DNA of 64,000 nt from Eledone cirrhosa (taxonomy: Eukaryota). Below the pieces are notes generated by a model. The model made no database searches and had not been told where the DNA came from. It worked only from the letters and a program-made list of their open reading frames with translations. A program made the position numbers and the translations under genes. Location of the stretch: assembly GCA_964016885.1 (NCBI GenBank), contig OZ024741.1:16492001-16556000 (forward strand), in the 5' to 3' direction. Shown here piece after piece: positions 1 to 12,776 of the stretch (within the stretch, counting starts at the first letter, position 1; the number at the start of each line of letters is the position of its first letter).

Positions 1-338
1 GTGCAGTTTTAAATCAACATATGAAAAGTAGTTTTAGATTGATGTGTGATATTGAGGAATATTTTTTTTTTTTGAGGGGGTGGGTGGAAAGGATGAAAAA
101 GAGGAGGAGATGAGAGTAAAAAGTGGAGGGGGAGGAGTATAATGAGGAAGGATGAGATAGGAGGAGAGATGGGTGATAGAGAGAGAGAGATAGAGAGAGA
201 GAGATAGCTTTTATAACTGAGAAAAATATATTGTTTTACATAGAGAGGTTGAAAAACCGTTGGAAGATAATGTATAAATTAAAAGAATTTGAAAATTAAC
301 GAAGAGAAAAATAATGTAAAGTTAAGGTTTGTATATTG

Positions 339-510
339 AAGGGTTTAATAATATGTGCGATGAAAAGAAATTGTTAATATGTATTAAGAATAATATTTAA
401 GGGTTTAATAATATGTGTGGTGGAAAGAAAATGTTAATATGTATTAAGAATAATATTTAAGGGTTTAATAATATGTGCGATGGAAAGAAAATGTTGATAT
501 GTATTATTAA
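339..510. repeat. ~60-bp minisatellite, ~3 copies, downstream of the Penelope remnant
   Basis: Unit aagggtttaataatatgtgcgatg(g)aaagaaa..gttaatatgtattaagaataatattt recurs at ~339, ~399 and ~459. Confidence 0.85.
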
Positions 511-940
511 AAAAAAAAAAGTAATGTAAGTAAGGATATATTGTGAGATGAGCATGAATAAGTTAGATGAAAGGGAGAAAAAAATAATGAATAGAGGATG
601 AATAATCTAACGTAAAAAAAAATGTTTATGTTTACGAAGGATTTTTTTCAAGGTGATATAAAGTAAGAATATATTGTATTGTGTAATAATTGTTTCTATG
701 TTAGGCACAGTGAGAAAAGGTACAGATTAGGGGTTAGAAATTAAAAGAAAAAGAAAAGAAAAGGAGAAGGAAGAAAGGGAAGTGATAAATAGGAGTGATA
801 TAGAATGAGTAACAAGTATTATATAATGTATAATAAATAACTTTGAAATAAGGTAGAAAGATGGGTATTTTTTAAAGAAGTATATATATATATATATGTG
901 CCTTTGAGAAAAGGATTCTGAATTGATAAAGTTTAGGATA

Positions 941-1660
941 TTAGCTGTATACTTTATGGAATGTTCTGTGGAATTTATGCAAGCAGAGAGAAAACAAGTC
1001 AGTGCGTCTATTTATTATAGAATCTAAATTAGATATAATGGTAAATTTTTCATTTAGACAGAGATTGCAAGTCTTGGATAGAGAACTGTTCAAGTATGAA
1101 GAAGCAGAAGAAACCTTTTTCCAAGAGATGTTATATTTAATATTTTTGTCTTTCAAGGACCATATGAGTTCTGAGAGAGCCGTGTTGGTTCTTTTAAGTT
1201 GGTATTTAAAAGACGAATGATCATTATAAAGACGAGCTTTAAAGGAGGTGGAAGTGGAGCCAAAATAGGTGAAGGAATTGGTGTCAGTTATAACTTTACA
1301 TTCGTAGATTAAGTTTTTATCAAGACAATGGTTGTTGAGAGGACATTTATTTTTAGCAGGGCAATTGCAATTGCGATTAGAGAGATTATTAACGAGTGAC
1401 CTAGTGTTATCTATAGAAGGAATTGGATTGGAGAAGTTATTTGCGATAGGAATAATAGTTTCTTGATTTAGAATGGGATTAAGAACATTTAGCGAAGTTG
1501 TGTTTGACGTTGTATTTGGGTTTGCAGAAATTAGCCTAGAGTTTACAATGACGTCGGGAGTACTATTACTATTATTATGATATTCAGTGTTGGAAGGAAG
1601 AGATTTAGTATTTAGTAATTTAGTATTTTATTGTTGTGTTTAGAGATAATGTTGGAAGTG
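941..1660 (-). mobile_element. Penelope-like element 3' remnant encoding a GIY-YIG endonuclease
   Basis: The frame is open well upstream of the ORF-track start: ...NCNCPAKNKCPLNNHCLDKNLIYECKV...FTYFGSTSTSFKARL...LSELIWSLKD...CNLCLNEK. A frameshifted NIISKHNNKIL motif lies at ~1625-1660. These are typical PLE RT-EN linker and GIY-YIG motifs. Confidence 0.85.
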
Positions 1661-1729
1661 TGTGTGTGTATGCATATATATGTGTGTGTATGTATATATG
1701 TGTGTATGTATATATATATATATATATAT

Positions 1730-1846
1730 ACGTTATTCCGGGTTGAATCGGAGGTAACCACAGTAAGTAAGGTACTCAATACATAGCAGAGTATAACAGT
1801 TTTAATATAGATGAGATTCTACAGAATCTCATCTATATTAAAACTA
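1730..1846 (-). mobile_element. Short PLE-type tail with a terminal 23-bp palindrome, inside (TA)n
   Basis: Arms 1798-1820 and 1823-1845 are perfect inverted repeats. The minus strand reads ctgtagaatctcatctatattaaa, similar to the post-HHR tails at 12003-12030 and 26363-26387. Confidence 0.6.
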
Positions 1847-1943
1847 TATATATATATATATATATGAAGATAAATTAACGGTGCCATAGAGTCGCGTTAT
1901 TCCCTGTAAATTATGTGCTCAAAGGGAAAGGAATCCTATACAT

Positions 1944-2513
<570 letters not shown>

Positions 2514-2703
2514 TTGAAAGGATAACAAGGACGATTGGTTACTCCTTCATTGCATTTATTGGTAGGTGACGCACGTTTCGCCACTGATCAGCTCAAGGTT
2601 CGATCTGTATCGATCTTACCCGACTCTATAATCGGCAGCTCGACGGACCCGGGTGAACATGCAGTAACTCCAAGTTACACTCCCTAGATATATATATATA
2701 TAT

Positions 2704-3101
2704 CAAGTAATAATATTTTCGAAACAGCGAGTTGGTTTGAAATTATTAGAAATGTAAGCTATCGCCGTATTTTGACTAAAGAAATTAAAGGAATTATTTA
2801 GCCTGATAGTGGGGTTAAGAACCCTCGGAGAAATGGAAAAAGATGAGTATTGACGTACATCGGAGTCGAACCCACATCTTTGGTTATCCGGACCACTGTG
2901 GTACCATTTACACCAACAGGGTAATGTGTTGGTGTAAATGGTAGCACAGCGGTCCGGATAACCAAAGATGTGGGCTCTACTCCGATGTACGTCAATACTC
3001 ATCTTTTTCCATTTCTCCGAGGGTTCTTAACCCCACTATCAGGCTAAATAATTTCTTTAATTTCTTTAGTCAAAATACGGCGATAGCTTACATTTCTAAT
3101 A
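2704..3101. mobile_element. tRNA-headed SINE-like element present as a head-to-head inverted duplication
   Basis: Arms 2744-2918 and 2927-3101 (175 bp, few mismatches). A-box-like TGGTGTAAATGG in both arms; perfect B-box GGTTCGACTCC in the minus copy. Flanked by (TA)n. Confidence 0.75.
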
Positions 3102-3126
3102 TAAATATATATATATATATATATAA

Positions 3127-3173
<47 letters not shown>

Positions 3174-3361
3174 GGTAATATAGAAAACCTACAGGACTAG
3201 AACTGTTTCATTCATGAGAAATCCTATATATATATATGTATGTATTTATATATATATGTATGTATTTATATATATGTATATGTATGTATTTATATATATA
3301 TATATATATATATGTATGATAAAGAACACAAGAGCGTCTACAACATCAAAAGATTTTTATT

Positions 3362-3408
3362 GGCTTACAATGTTTCTTCCTTACGTAACCGTAGGATTCG
3401 TCAGAACT
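3362..3408 (-). ncRNA. Type I hammerhead ribozyme motif with weak stem I, followed by AATAAA
   Basis: Minus strand: agtt CTGACGA atcctacggttacgtaaggaa GAAAC att GTA agcc aataaa. Confidence 0.65.
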
Positions 3409-4353
3409 ATAAAAGGGGTTTGATTGGTGTTATGGACTCTACCAACCAAACATTCAAGAACAAAGAGTAAAGAGAGTAAAGAGCAAAAGTAGGGGACGAT
3501 AAGTCTAATTTTGGTGCGGGAGGGTGGGGTGTGGGTCCTTGTTTACTAGCTGCGGTCATATTCATTCCCGGGAGTCGGGTGGTTAGCTGAACCATAGATG
3601 GGGTGGCGTGGATAGTATGGTGCAGAGGGTGTGCAGAGGCTACACAAACACAAAGGGCATACAATATATATATATATAACGGAGGAGAAAGTACATGAGG
3701 TAATTAGAAATGGAAAAAGAGTAATAATAATCATCTATAATTAATAGTGTATAATAAGGCATGGGGAAGATTACACTATAATAAGGTATAAAAGTAAGAA
3801 TAAGGTAAAATATAAAGGAGGATAAAAGTGGAAATAATAAAGATTAAAAAAATATATATGTAAAAAAATATATAGAGAATATATAAAGAAATATAAGCGA
3901 ATATTTGGAGGGGAAAACACAATGTAAAAAAACCGATTTTTTCAAATAAAAATAAAAATATTATAATTATGGGGGGAGAAAACGGGATATAGAAATATGA
4001 TCAAATGTGATTAGTTGAGAGAATATAAGATGATAATAGTTATGTCAAGTTTATACATCTTAATAATAAATAATCTGTGTATCAGAGTTACAGAACCTTC
4101 AATTCACTTACAGGTTCAAACCACGTGGCATAGTCCATTGTTTATCTGTGCGGTCATGCGCGTTTGTTTTTGACACCACAGCAGATGCACAAGTTCGTAA
4201 ATTCCAATGCAGATAGAAATCTATTGGCATCATATATACGGCTCTGCTCCAAAGAATAGAGCTAATTATTATGCTGCCAATACCTTAATGGGACACGGGT
4301 ATACAATACCTAACTCCTATTAACCTAAGTATTTATATATATATGTATGTATT

Positions 4354-4386
<33 letters not shown>

Positions 4387-4485
4387 ACATGTATGTATAT
4401 GTGTATATAGGTATGTATATGTATGTATATATGAATGTATAAATATATACATATATGTATATATATGTGTATATATATATATGTG

Positions 4486-4557
<72 letters not shown>

Positions 4558-4569
4558 TGTATATATGTC

Positions 4570-5030
4570 AGGTCACCAGTTGGTGCTACTGGTAACATGT
4601 ATCCATGGTCGGGTCGTTGGCGACTAAACTGGCAACCCCACCAAGGTTTCTTGGTGAGGAGGGTGACTTTGGACATCCTGCAGGACTAAAAACAAAACCT
4701 GTCAAAGGGAAAATGAGCTCTTAAGAGTCAATAGCCATCCAAAATCACCGGGAGAGATGACCCCTTAGCCTTTGTCAAGGCAGAATTCTAGGAGAAGGAA
4801 AACTCTGGTATAACACCTGCAACCCTGATGGTATCCAATGATGTTGACTTGTTCTTCTTTTTGGTAAATATCATCTTAGTTAAGAGAGTGGGACTGGCTT
4901 TATGCAGTGCCTTTGCTCACTATAAAAACTTCACGGCACAGGCATTGCTTTATATCTGGAGATCTCTCTGCACTTATCGTCACATGGTACCATGGGCCCA
5001 GCACTATGTGTCAATAATTATGACAAGTGT
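4570..5030 (+). mobile_element. Non-coding repeat resembling an RTE 5'UTR derivative (copy 1)
   Basis: Homologous to 27255-27875 (-). Shares ggtcgggtcgt.ggcgactaaac.ggcaaccccaccaag and ctaggagaagg.aa.tc blocks. Confidence 0.6.
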
Positions 5031-5044
5031 AGTGTATGTATATA

Positions 5045-5626
5045 TTAATTTCTAATTTTAAAAATTTTCTTATTTTACGTCTTTCATATAATTGTTCTGC
5101 ATCCTCCTGCATTGAACCACCTAGGTACTATGACATAACTTATGTATTTGCTAGCATTAGTGTACATCTGTACGCATATGTTCGTAAATATACTAATTCT
5201 CTATATTTATCTCCAAATTATTTATTTGTTGAGCAAACCTGCCAAATCCACTACTAACTTATTGTAGTGGTAGTAGGCTTTGTCATTTTACTACCCCACT
5301 CCTTCCGACTAGCCTCAGTGTCACGTGATTAATTCTTTAGAATCTGCCATTTGACCAGAAGCAGTGAACTTTTTCAGTGCTTTGGAATTCAGTCCTCGCT
5401 AGCTGTTCCATCCACCGAATTATTATTATTTTTATATGAGTCCCTAGTGTCCGCGCATTGCCTGGAGACTTAGCTGAGAATAGACTCCCTGATGACGTAA
5501 TGAATTCTCGACAGTTACATTACGTAACTATCTTTATCCCATTACAGAAACTAATTAGTTGGAGTGAAAATTTTAGTAAGTTAATTTTTAATTTTTAAAA
5601 TTTTCTTATTTTACGTCTTTCATATA
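5045..5626 (+). mobile_element. 536-nt non-coding HHR element with a ~46-bp terminal direct repeat (retrozyme/PLE-like)
   Basis: 5045-5090 is repeated at 5581-5626; internal HHR; flanked by TA-rich microsatellite. Confidence 0.75.
5484..5565 (+). ncRNA. Type I hammerhead ribozyme with palindromic stem III
   Basis: actcc CTGATGA [extended stem II] GAAAC taatta GTT ggagt. Stem I is actcc/ggagt; AACTAATTAGTT is a perfect palindrome. Confidence 0.8.
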
Positions 5627-5676
5627 TATGTATGTATGTATATATATATATGTATGTATGTATATATATATATACA

Positions 5677-5723
<47 letters not shown>

Positions 5724-6042
5724 ATGTATGTATATATATATATATATATATGTATGTATATATATATATGTATGTATATATATATATGTATGTATATATA
5801 TATATGTATGTATATATATATATGTATGTATATATATATATGTATGTATATATATATATATGTATGTATATATATATATGTATGTATATATATATATATA
5901 TATGTATGTATATATATATATGTATGTATGTATATATATATATATATGTATGGATATATATATGTATATATGTATGTATATATGTATTTATATATATATG
6001 TATGTGTATATATATATGTATGGATATATGTATGTATATATA

Positions 6043-7020
6043 TAACTTTGATAGTTTTGGGCCAGTATTGGCCCAGGCCATGTCTAACTTAATACCACCA
6101 CCTTTGCGAAGTCTTGCAAATCAGTGTTTGGGCACCATGGCCCACTCGAGAGGAGAGTTATTGTTTACGGAGGCATATCCGGTTGTAGGAGGCTTATCCA
6201 GGATTTCTTGAAGGAATTTGTCCAAAGACTTCTTGAACTTGATGGGGTCTGTTTCTGTTTTGATGTGTTTTGGTATAATGTTAAAGAGAGCAGGGCCAAT
6301 TGAGGGGAAATAATTGTGCCGTATTGTTGTTATGAGATAAGAGTGAGATAAGAGTGAGATAGCACGGGGCCAAAGGCTTGGGTGTGCATTAAAGGTGATG
6401 TCAACATCATTTGGACAAAGCTGATGGAATATTTTCCACATCATGTAAATAATGTAGCGCTCACAGCGACGTTGGAGAGAATAAAGGTTGAGCTTTTCCA
6501 ATCAATTCCAATAGTCAAGGCCTGTCATGCCATCTATCTTTTTTGTAATCGATCTTTAGGGTGCTTCAACTTTCATGATACATTGTTTTGTGTGGGGCGA
6601 CCACAGTGGACAACAGTATTCAAGGTGGGGGTCGGGCGAAAGTGGAGAAGAGAAGGATAACAGTGTGAATATCTCTCGACTGGAAGGTTCTGAGAATCCA
6701 GGAACACATTCTGCGAGCCATGTCAACTTTGCTGTTTATATGAGTGACCCAGCTTATGTTGTTCTCCACAATTACTCCCAGGTCTCTGATGATGTTGGAT
6801 GCCACTAGAGTTTCACCTGAAGGAAGCGAGTATGGGAGTTTCAAGGCATCCTTTTTCCAAAGTGGATTAATTTAATTTTATCCTCATTCAACAGCATATT
6901 CTTTTCTTCCCATTGGATAAAAGCCAGTAGGTCTGACTGAAGGCAAGTCCAGTCACCCACCTCATTGATGACCCTTTGGAGCTTGGAATCATCTGCGAAG
7001 AATCTTATGTTGCTGCGCTT
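6043..7020 (-). mobile_element. CR1-group LINE, 5'-truncated degenerate RT C-terminus and 3' end
   Basis: IRFFADDSKL, RDLGVIV, LNLYSLQRRCERY and KFKKSLDKFL fragments across frameshifts. Confidence 0.85.
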
Positions 7021-7783
<763 letters not shown>

Positions 7784-8089
7784 TTGTCAACTCTTATTAA
7801 TGGTCAGTCCACTTCTACGAAATGTAATGTAAAAAATACCATTTTCTTCTCACCATTCTTCGGTTCATTCCTCCATATATCTGTATAATCGCCCAGAATC
7901 CAATCCTGCTTTCTCAATGCTATTCTATAATTCTGTCTGGCTGTTCTAAATAATCTTGTGTATTTTAAAATTCCAGTATATCGCTTATTACTTTTATATG
8001 CTTTATTTAAAACCTTCTCCTTGCTAACTACTCCATACCCCTCCCACCCGCCCCCACTCTCCACCATTATTATTTGGACCAATCATAAG

Positions 8090-11000
8090 TCAGCGGCCTA
8101 TGCTATCACTTCCCCTGGTTGCTTTTCGATATGATGGATGGACTAAGGAATTCTGGAGAGTCTGAAGAATCTGGACACTCAGTGACAATGCCAAAGATAA
8201 CGACAGATTCACCTCATGCTGCCGGACGAAAGGGCAAGGACTCCTCCTCTTTGTTTCGGCCGCGGACCGCCCACCAAACGTAATCCAAAACTTCAGAGTT
8301 GGTACCATGAATGTAGGCACCTTAAAAGGTCGCTCAAACGAGGTTGTAGAAATGCTTGAACGTAAGGAGGTTGATGTTTGCTGTATCCAAGAGACCAGAG
8401 GGAGGGGCGGGTCTGCTAAATTCATTGTGGTTAAAAAACGATGCCATAAGCTTTTCTGGGTGGGAAATGACAATGGGCTGGGTGGAGTAGGAATCATGTT
8501 AGCAGAAAAATGGGTGGATAAGATAATAGACGTAAATAGAGTGAACGACAGAATAATTAAAATAAGACTTGTTCTAAATAGAACTACTGTGACAGTAATA
8601 TCTGCGTACACACTCTAATCCGGACTGCCTGGCGCTATAAAAGACAGATTCTATGAGACACTGATGCTCACTACCTCCCAAATAACCGACAGTGACTATA
8701 TAATTATTGCTAGCGACCTAAATGGTCACGTTGGACAACATTGTGACGGCTATGACGGAATCCATGGAGGCTATGGGTTTGGTACTAGAAATGAGGAAGG
8801 CTCCAGAATCCTGGAATTCTGTGACTCAAATAACCTAACTATCTGTAACACTAACTTCAAAAAACGAGACAATCACTTGATCACCTACAGATCAGGGGAA
8901 CATACCAGCCAGGTAGATTATATCCTTACCAGAAGACGTGACAGAGTGCCTGTTGTAAACACTAAATCCCTCCCCCATGAAGAATGCACCTCTCAACATA
9001 GACTCATAATTAGCGACCTCATAGTCAGGACGAGACGTACTCGACAACAGAAGAGGACTATGCTCAGGAGAAAAATATGGAAGCTGAAGGACACCACAGC
9101 CAGTAATAAATTTCAAAGCATATTACTTGATGCTTTCGACAGTAAGGAAGAGCAATTAGAGTCGTACAATATAGAGGAACAGTGGGAATTCCTGAAAGCA
9201 AACCTGCTGATGGCGGCAGATGAAGTCTGTGGCTGGAGCAGGCCTATAGGCAGGAGGAGAATAACGTGGTGGTGGAAGAGTAAGGTGGAGGAGTCAATTA
9301 AGGCCAAAAAGCAGGCTTGGAAAGTATGGCGGGATGGGGGAAGTAGAGAATACTATCAAGTGGCCAGGAGGGAAGCTAGGAGACAAGTGTACTTCGCAAG
9401 AAGGGAAGCAGAGGAAAGAAAGTTCAAGCATGTTCTACAACGCGAGGACCAAACACGTGAGGTGTTCAGGATTGCTAGGCAATGTGTCAAGGAAAACCGT
9501 GATATTGTCGGGGAGAAGTATGTCCTTAATGATGATGGTGTACTTGCCATCACTGACGCTGATAAGAATGTAGCTTGGAAGTGTCACTACGAAAGGCTGC
9601 TAAATGAGGAGAATAAATGGGAGAAAGACAGTCTCCCCCACATCAATCCAATAGAGGGACCAGCAGTGTTAGTCGAAGGTAGTATAATAAGTAAGGCAAT
9701 CAAAGATATGAAGACGGGTAAGGCGGCTGGGCCTTCGGAAATAGTTGCTGAAATGCTGAAAGCTTCTGGAACGGTGGGACACACTGTGGTCACCCGGATA
9801 GTAAACCAAGCCATACAGAATGGGGTTGTTCCGAAGGACTGGCGTAGCATCATCATCATTAACTGCTACAAGGGTAAAGGAGATACCCTAGATAGGGGTA
9901 ACTATAGAGGCATTAAATTAATCGACCAGGTCATGAAGGTCACAGAAAAAGTAATAGCGCAACTAATCAGAGAGCGAATTGATCTAGATGAAATGCAGTT
10001 CGGGTTTGTGTCAGGTAAAAGTACCACAGACGCTCTTTTCATTGTACGACAACTACAGGAGAAGTACCTAGCTAAAAGTAAACCCATATACTTAGCTTTT
10101 GTCGACTTGGAGAAAGCCTTTGACAGAATCCCCCGTTCCATTATCTGGTGGGCTCTTAGAAAACTAGGTGTTGATGAATGGCTTGTGAGAGCTATACAAG
10201 CCATGTATAAAGAAACAGTCAGCAAGGTTAGAATTAACAACGAATATAGTGAAGAGTTTAGCGTAAAAGTTGGTGTTCATCAGGGCTCCGTTCTTAGCCC
10301 CCTACTATTTATTATTGCCCTTCAGGCTATAACAGAGGAGTTCAAGACCGGCTGCCCATGGGGACTCCTATACGCAGATGATCTAACGCTCATAGCTGAA
10401 TCAATGGCTGAACTAGAGAAGAAATTCCAAACATGGAAGCATGGCCTAGAATCAAAAGGCCTTAAAATTAACCTGTCTAAGACTAAAGTTCTAGTTTGTA
10501 GGAAGGAAAATAGGGCACCGGTCCCATCCGGGAAATGGCCATGCTCAGTGTGTAGGAAAGGAGTAGGCAGAAACTCCATTTTATGTCCCAAATGCAAAGT
10601 ATGGGTGCATAAAAGATGTAGTGGGATCACAGGTAAGCTAACTAAGAATATAGATTTTATATGTGGCCGGTGCTCAGGTGCAATAAGTAGCAGCAAGTGA
10701 CCACAAAATACTAGCTCATTCCATTGCACAGATGGTTCTATAGAAATATTGGACACCTTCCGATACTTGGATGACAAAATCAGCAGTGGTGGAGGGTGCT
10801 CTGAAGGTACAGTAGCTAGAGTCAGAACTGGATGGAAAAAGTTCAGAGAGCTTATACCACTATTAGCCGCTAAAGGTTTCTCTCTAAAAATGAAAGGCAG
10901 GCTGTATGATGCCTGCATACGAACAGCAATGTTACATGGCAGTGAGACTTGGGCATTGTGTGCAGAGGATATACGCAGACTGGTGAGGAATGAAGCTTGC

Positions 11001-11722
11001 ATGCTCCGCTGGAGTTGTAATAGTAATATACGTGAACGGCAAAGCATAAACGAACTAAGGGAAAAATTAGAAATAAGAGGGATCAGATGTTGTTTACTCG
11101 AGAGAAGACTACGTTGGTACGGTCACGTGATGCGCATGAAAGTCGACAGCTGTATAAAAAAGTTCAGGGCAATGAAAATAGACGGTAGCCACGGAATAGG
11201 CAGACCCAGAAAAACCTGGGACGACCTGATAAATTCCGACCTCACACACTTACACCTCTCCAAGACAATGTCACTGGACCGAGATCTTTGGCGCTACACA
11301 GTAATACAGAAGACCTTCCTTACCTAAGTACAAAGTGAAACCTACTACAGTCAATAGGCACCTCTAACAAAAATACATCCCCGTCCCACTACCCCCACCC
11401 ATCCACACCACCCCTTTCAATGTAAAGTTATGTTGGTACCACAACATCCAGTCCGAAACAAATGAGGTCGTGTAGGTGTCACGACAAAAAAAAAAACACA
11501 CAGTCCACGCTGTAATGTGGCCGTGTAGGTAACACCGTAAAAACCTCCCAGTTCCACACTGTAAATGTGGTTGGTGTTAGGAAGGGCATCCAGCCGTAGA
11601 AAACCCGCCAGACAGTCCTATGCGAGCAAGACAACCACTCTTGCCTCAAGTGGGAAAACTCCCGTCCAAACCCATGCAAGCGTGGAAGATGGACGTTAAA
11701 CGATGATGATGATGATGATGAT
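8090..11722 (+). mobile_element. Near full-length RTE-clade LINE (APE endonuclease, RT, PHD-like insert), two in-frame stops, (GAT)n tail
   Basis: NVGTL..CCIQET and DLNGHVG..SQHR (APE); FVDLEKAFD, GVHQGSVLSP and YADD (RT); LRWYGHV..GRPRKTW. Stops at ~8616 and ~10698. Tail ggacgttaaac(gat)n. The 5' boundary is approximate. Confidence 0.92.
8307..11327 (+). pseudogene. RTE APE-RT polyprotein interrupted by two nonsense codons
   Basis: ORFs 8307..8618, 8664..10700 and 10749..11327 are all in the same frame. Confidence 0.9.
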
Positions 11723-11921
11723 AAGGAAAAGAGTCAGAAACCTGACGGCTGAGCTCCAGCCATTTCGACAGCTAGGTCCGAACTGATCTAGCTGTCGAAA
11801 CAGCAGGAGCTCAGCTGTCGGGTTCCTGACTCTTTTCCCTATTACCCACTCTACTACTCTAAGTATCGAGTACTCTGGTGCGTTATGGTCCACCTGGTAT
11901 CTTACCACACCTTCTTTGTTA
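11721..11921 (+). mobile_element. Short hairpin-headed PLE-type element carrying the 3' half of an HHR (copy 1)
   Basis: Inverted repeat 11721-11842; GAAAC agc..gct GTC; tail homologous to 31619-31815. Confidence 0.65.
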
Positions 11922-11936
11922 TATATTTATATATAT

Positions 11937-12002
<66 letters not shown>

Positions 12003-12006
<4 letters not shown>

Positions 12007-12120
12007 ATATGATAAAGCTTCTACAGGACTAGAACTGTTTCATTCGTGAGAAATGATCAACGTTTCCTGATGATTTCTCATGAATTAAACAGCTTAGATC
12101 CTGTTGTTGTCATTCTATGA
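12003..12120. mobile_element. Inverted pair of degenerate HHR-bearing tails
   Basis: ctacaggactagaactgtttcattcgtgagaaat is followed by cgtttcCTGATGAtttctcatgaatTAAAC. Same family as 3171-3224 and 26325-26390. Confidence 0.6.
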
Positions 12121-12639
12121 GTGGTCAAGAATTGTACACGTCATCGGTATTTTTGGCCACTCATGGCTGTCCTATATTTGGTTCCCTTCATTTGCTACCT
12201 GTCAATCAAAGCTGTTTCTTAAATCGGAATTACTACTGTAGGAGGTAAGGGGTTGTATGATTGAACCACTCGCGCCCTGTCGCCACCCTCTCAACCTGTA
12301 TTCGCTGCCCTCACCCATGTTTCACGCAGGCGTGATACATACGGGCACAATACACCCACAGCAATCACGTACACACCTGCAACTGTATTATATGCGACAA
12401 TCAAAGTAGATATTGAATGTGCAGTGAATAGTTATAAAGAATTTTTTAAAGAATGGAAAAACATTTAACAGAACGTTTCATTTAGGTTTGTTGGTTCACC
12501 ACTGGATAGAACTGGTCATTCCGTTTGGCAGCCACCCGGACTACAACTGCTAATTTTTTGGCCGCCTTCTCATCTTGGGCATCTCTCTGATTTTAGCCCC
12601 TTGGATTGTATCTATTATATTCCTTTGTTAAATTTCAGA

Positions 12640-12697
12640 ATACCTGATGATGTAACTGGATTCATACTGAACCTGGTCATTGAAATGTTCATAGTAT
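12640..12697 (+). ncRNA. Type I hammerhead motif (AUA site), followed by AATAAA
   Basis: atac CTGATGA ... GAAAT gttc ATA gtat aataaa. Homologous copy at 63792-63849 (-). Confidence 0.65.
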
Positions 12698-12740
12698 AAT
12701 AAACATTTAAGGAATTACACCAGTGCAGCCTCTTGTTATT

Positions 12741-12769
<29 letters not shown>

Positions 12770-12776
<7 letters not shown>

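Noticed and set aside
2560-2595. Minus-strand CTGATCA..GAAAC gtgc GTC as a hammerhead
   Set aside because: The core is mutated (G8) and there is no stem I partner; at most a half-ribozyme remnant.
2850-2995. Functional tRNA gene
   Set aside because: A and B boxes are present but there is no convincing cloverleaf or acceptor stem; treated as a SINE head.
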